In this document: positions 60,618 through 64,000 of the stretch, in pieces
Layout of the letters: every line of letters begins with the position of its first letter
How positions within the stretch are numbered: position 1 is the stretch's first letter
DNA from: Squalus acanthias
Taxonomy: Eukaryota
Assembly: GCA_030390025.1 (NCBI GenBank)
Contig: CM059432.1
Location: forward strand, 147,066,001 to 147,130,000
DNA length: 64,000 bases
Direction: 5' to 3'
Notes under the pieces: model-generated
Seen by the model: only the letters and a program-made list of their open reading frames with translations
What the model was told of the DNA's origin: nothing
The model's database searches: none
Translations under genes and position numbers: made by a program

Positions 60618-62712
60618 GATGAAGGGAGTGCCCTATGAGGAGAGATTGAGTAGACGAGGCCTATATTCCCTAGAGTTTAGAAGAATGAGAGGTGACCTCA
60701 TTGCAACATATAAAATTCTTAAGGGGCTTGACAGGGTTAATGCTGAGAAAGTGTTTCCCCTGGCCGGGGAATCTAGAACATGGGGTCACAGTTTCAGAAT
60801 AAGGGGTCGGCCATTTACGACTGAGAAGAGGAGAAATTTCTTCATTCAAAGGGTTGTGAATCTTTGGAATTCTCTACCCCAGAGAGCTGTGGAGGCTCAG
60901 TCGTTGAGTATATTCAAGACAGAGGTCGATAAATTTTTGGGAACTAATGGAATCAAGGGATATGGGGATAGTGCGGGAAGGTGGAGTTGAGTTGAAGATC
61001 AGCCATGATCTTTCTGAATGGCGGAGCAGGCTCGAAGGGCCGAGTCATAGAGTTATACAGCACAGAAAGAGGCCCTTCGGCCCATCGTGTCCGCGCCGGC
61101 CATCAAGCCCTGTCTATTTTAATCCCATTTTCCAGCACTTGGTCCGTAGCCTTGTATGCTATGGCATTTCAAGTGCTCATCTAAATGCTTCTTGAATGTT
61201 GTGAGGGTTCCTGCCTCTACCACCCTTTCAGGCAGTGAGTTCCAGATTCCAACCACCCTCTGGGTGAAAAAGTTTTTCCTCAAATCCCCTCTAAACCTCC
61301 TTATCCTTATCTTGAAACTATGCCCCCTGGTTATTGACCCCTCTACTAAGGGAAAAAGTTCCTTTCTATCTACCCTATCTATGCCCCTCGTAATTTTGTA
61401 CACCTCAATCAGGTCCCCCCTCAGCCTTCTCTGCTCTAAGGAAAACAACCCCAGCCTGTCCAGTCTCTCTTCATAGCTGAAGTGCTCCAGCCCAGGTAAC
61501 ATCCTGGTGAATCTCCTCTGCACCCTCTCCAATGCAATTACATCCTTCCTATAGTGTGGCGACCAGAACTGCACACAGTATTCCAGCTGTGGCCTAACTA
61601 GCGTTTTGTACAGCTCCATCATAACCTCCCTGCTCTTATATTCTATGCCTTGGCTAATGAAGGCAAGTATCCCACATGCCTTTTTAACCACCTTATCTAC
61701 CTGTCCTGCTGCCTTCAGGGATCTATGTACATGCACACCAAGGTCCCTCTGATCCTCTGTCCTTCCTAGGATCCTACCATTCATTGTGTATTCCCTTGCC
61801 TTGTTAGTCCTCCCAAAATGCATCACCTCACACTTTTCAGGGTTAAATTCCATTTGCCACTGTTCTGCCCATCTAACCAACCCATCTATATCGTCTTGTA
61901 GCCTGAGGCTCCCCTCCTCGCTATTTACCACTCCGCCAATTTTCGTGTCATCTGTGAACTTACTGATCATCCCTCCTACATTCATATCTAAATCATTAAC
62001 GTACACTACAAACAGCAAAGGACCCAGCACTGATCCCTGCGGTACACCACTGGGCACAGGCTTCCAGTCACAAAAACAACCTTCGACCATCACCCTCTGC
62101 CTCCTACCACTAAGCCAATTTTGGATCCAATGTGCCAAATTGCCCTGGATCCCATGGGCTCTTACCTTCTTGACCAGTCTCCCATGCTGGACTTTGTCAA
62201 AAGCCTTACTGAAGTCCATGTAGACTACATCAGCTGCACTACCCTCATCCACACACCTAGTCACCTCCTCGAAAAATTCAATCAAATTGGTTAGACATGA
62301 TCTCCCCCTGACAAAGCCATGCTGACTATCCTTGATTAATCCTTGCCTCTCCAAGTGGAGACTAATTCTGTCCCTCAGAATTTTTTCCAATAATTTCCCT
62401 ACCACCGATGTTAGGCTCACTGGCCTGTAATTCCCTGGTTTATCCCTACTACCCTTCTTGAATAATGGTACTACGTTAGCTGTCCTCCAGTCCTCTGGCA
62501 CCTCCCCTGTGGCCAGAAAGGTTCTGAAAATTTGTGTCAGAGCCCCTGCAATCTCCTCCCTTGCCTCACACAGCAGCCTGGGATACATCTCGTCTGGGCC
62601 TGGGGATTTATCCACTTTTAAGCCCACTAAAACCACTAGTACCTCAGCCCTCTCCAGTAGTGACCTGCTCCAGCGCCTATTTCTTATGTTCTTATGTTCC
62701 TATGTTCTTATG
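60618..62712 (+). mobile_element. CR1 3' fragment whose stem-loop is split by another CR1
   Basis: ORF 60613..60990; the tail resumes at ~62658-62712. Confidence 0.85.
61042..62655 (-). mobile_element. CR1 RT half with an open 505-aa frame (61119..62636)
   Basis: YMDFSKAFDKV, GVPQGSVLGP, FTDD. Confidence 0.93.
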
Positions 62713-64000
62713 AATGTTTAGGGTGGTGGATGGGATACCAATCAAGCGGGCTGCTTTGTCCTGGATGGTGTTGAGCTTCTTGAGTGTTGTTGGAGCTGCA
62801 CTCATCCAGACAAGCAGCGAGTATTCCATCACACTCCTGAAGATGGTTGGACCTAGGACACTGCCCTGAGGAACTCCTGCAGCAATGTCCGAGGGCTGAG
62901 ATGATTGGCCTCCAACAACCACAATCATCTTCCTTTGTGCTAGGCATGACTCCAGCCAGTGGAGAGTTTTCCCCCTGATTCCCACTGACTTCAGTTTTAC
63001 TAGGGCTCCTTGATGCCACACCCGGTCAAATGCTGCCTTGATGTCAAGGGCAGTCACTCTCACCTCACCTCTGGAATTCAGCTCCTTTGTCCATGTTTGG
63101 ACCAAGGCTGTAATGAGGTCTGGAGCAGAGTGGCCCTGGCGGAACCCAAACTGAGCTTCAGTGAGCAGGTTATTGGTGAGTAAGTGCCTCTTAATTACAC
63201 TGTCGATGACACCTTCCATCACTTTGCTGATGATAGAGAGTAGACTGATGGGGCGTTAAATGGCCAGATGCATTTGTCCTGGTTTTTGTGGACAGGACAT
63301 ACCTGGGCAATTTTCCATTTTGTCGTGTAGATGCTAGTGTTGTAGCTGTACTGGAACAGCTTGGCTAGAGGTGCAGCTAGTTCTGGAGTACAAGTCTTCA
63401 GCGCTACAGCCGGGATGTTGTCGGGGCCCATAGACTTTGCTGTATCCAGTGCGCTTAGCTGTTTCTTGATATCACGTGGAGTGAATTGAATTGGCTGAAG
63501 ACTGGCTTTTCTGATGATGGGGACCTCAGGAGGAGGCCGATATGGATCATCCACTCAGCACTTCTGGCTGAAGATGGTTGCAAACACTTCAGCCTTGTCT
63601 TTTTCACTCACGTGTTGGCTCCGCCATCATTGAGGATAGAGATGTTCATGGAGCCTCCTCCTCCCATTAGTTGTTTAATTGTCCACCACCATTCACAACT
63701 GGATGTGGCAGGACTGCAGAGCTTTGATCTGATCTGTTGATTGTGGGATCACTTAGCTCTTTCTATAACATGCTGCTTCCGCTTTTTAGCATGCATGTAG
63801 TCCTGTGTTGTAGCTTCACCTGGTTGGCACCTAATTTTTAGGTATGGCTGGTGCTGCTCCTGGCATGCTCTTCTATATTCCTCATTGAACCAGGACTGTT
63901 CCCCTGGCTTGATGGAAATGGTTGAGTGAGATTACTGATTGTAACCTCTGCTGCTGCTGATGGCCCACGGTGCCTCATGGATGCCCAGTTTTGAGCTGCT

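Larger units (their letters stand above)
60445..64000 (-). mobile_element. Second Zenon-like LINE, interrupted at ~60618-62712
   Basis: Reverse-complement match to 46400-48405; ORFs 62692..63222 and 63219..63554. Confidence 0.85.

Overview
Eukaryotic, repeat-saturated 64-kb window, most likely intronic or intergenic DNA of a cartilaginous fish (inferred from the CR1/HER1-like LINEs, a V-SINE-like fragment and the Penelope-like ends). I could not confidently identify a host gene. Most of the window is nested transposable elements: many CR1 LINEs (one open 983-aa ORF2; one ORF1+ORF2 copy with a single stop), L2, an RTE with a twin-priming-type 5' inversion, a Zenon-like LINE, and Penelope-like ends. 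PIF/Harbinger elements are also abundant, including two decayed autonomous copies with convergent DDE-transposase and intron-containing Myb/SANT genes, and about ten non-autonomous derivatives with 3-bp TSDs. Highlights: (1) five minimal type-I hammerhead ribozymes in two covarying families, inside short, mostly TSD-flanked Penelope-derived insertions; (2) a 112 x 21-bp array (near-constant, near-palindromic 18-mer plus one variable triplet) in a Harbinger leader, in frame with the transposase as a Leu heptad repeat; (3) a CR1 subfamily with a doubled 3' stem-loop whose upstream copy is A>G hypermutated; (4) non-TWA, often mismatched Harbinger TSDs. Coordinates were read by eye; ends lacking a TSD or TIR are approximate.
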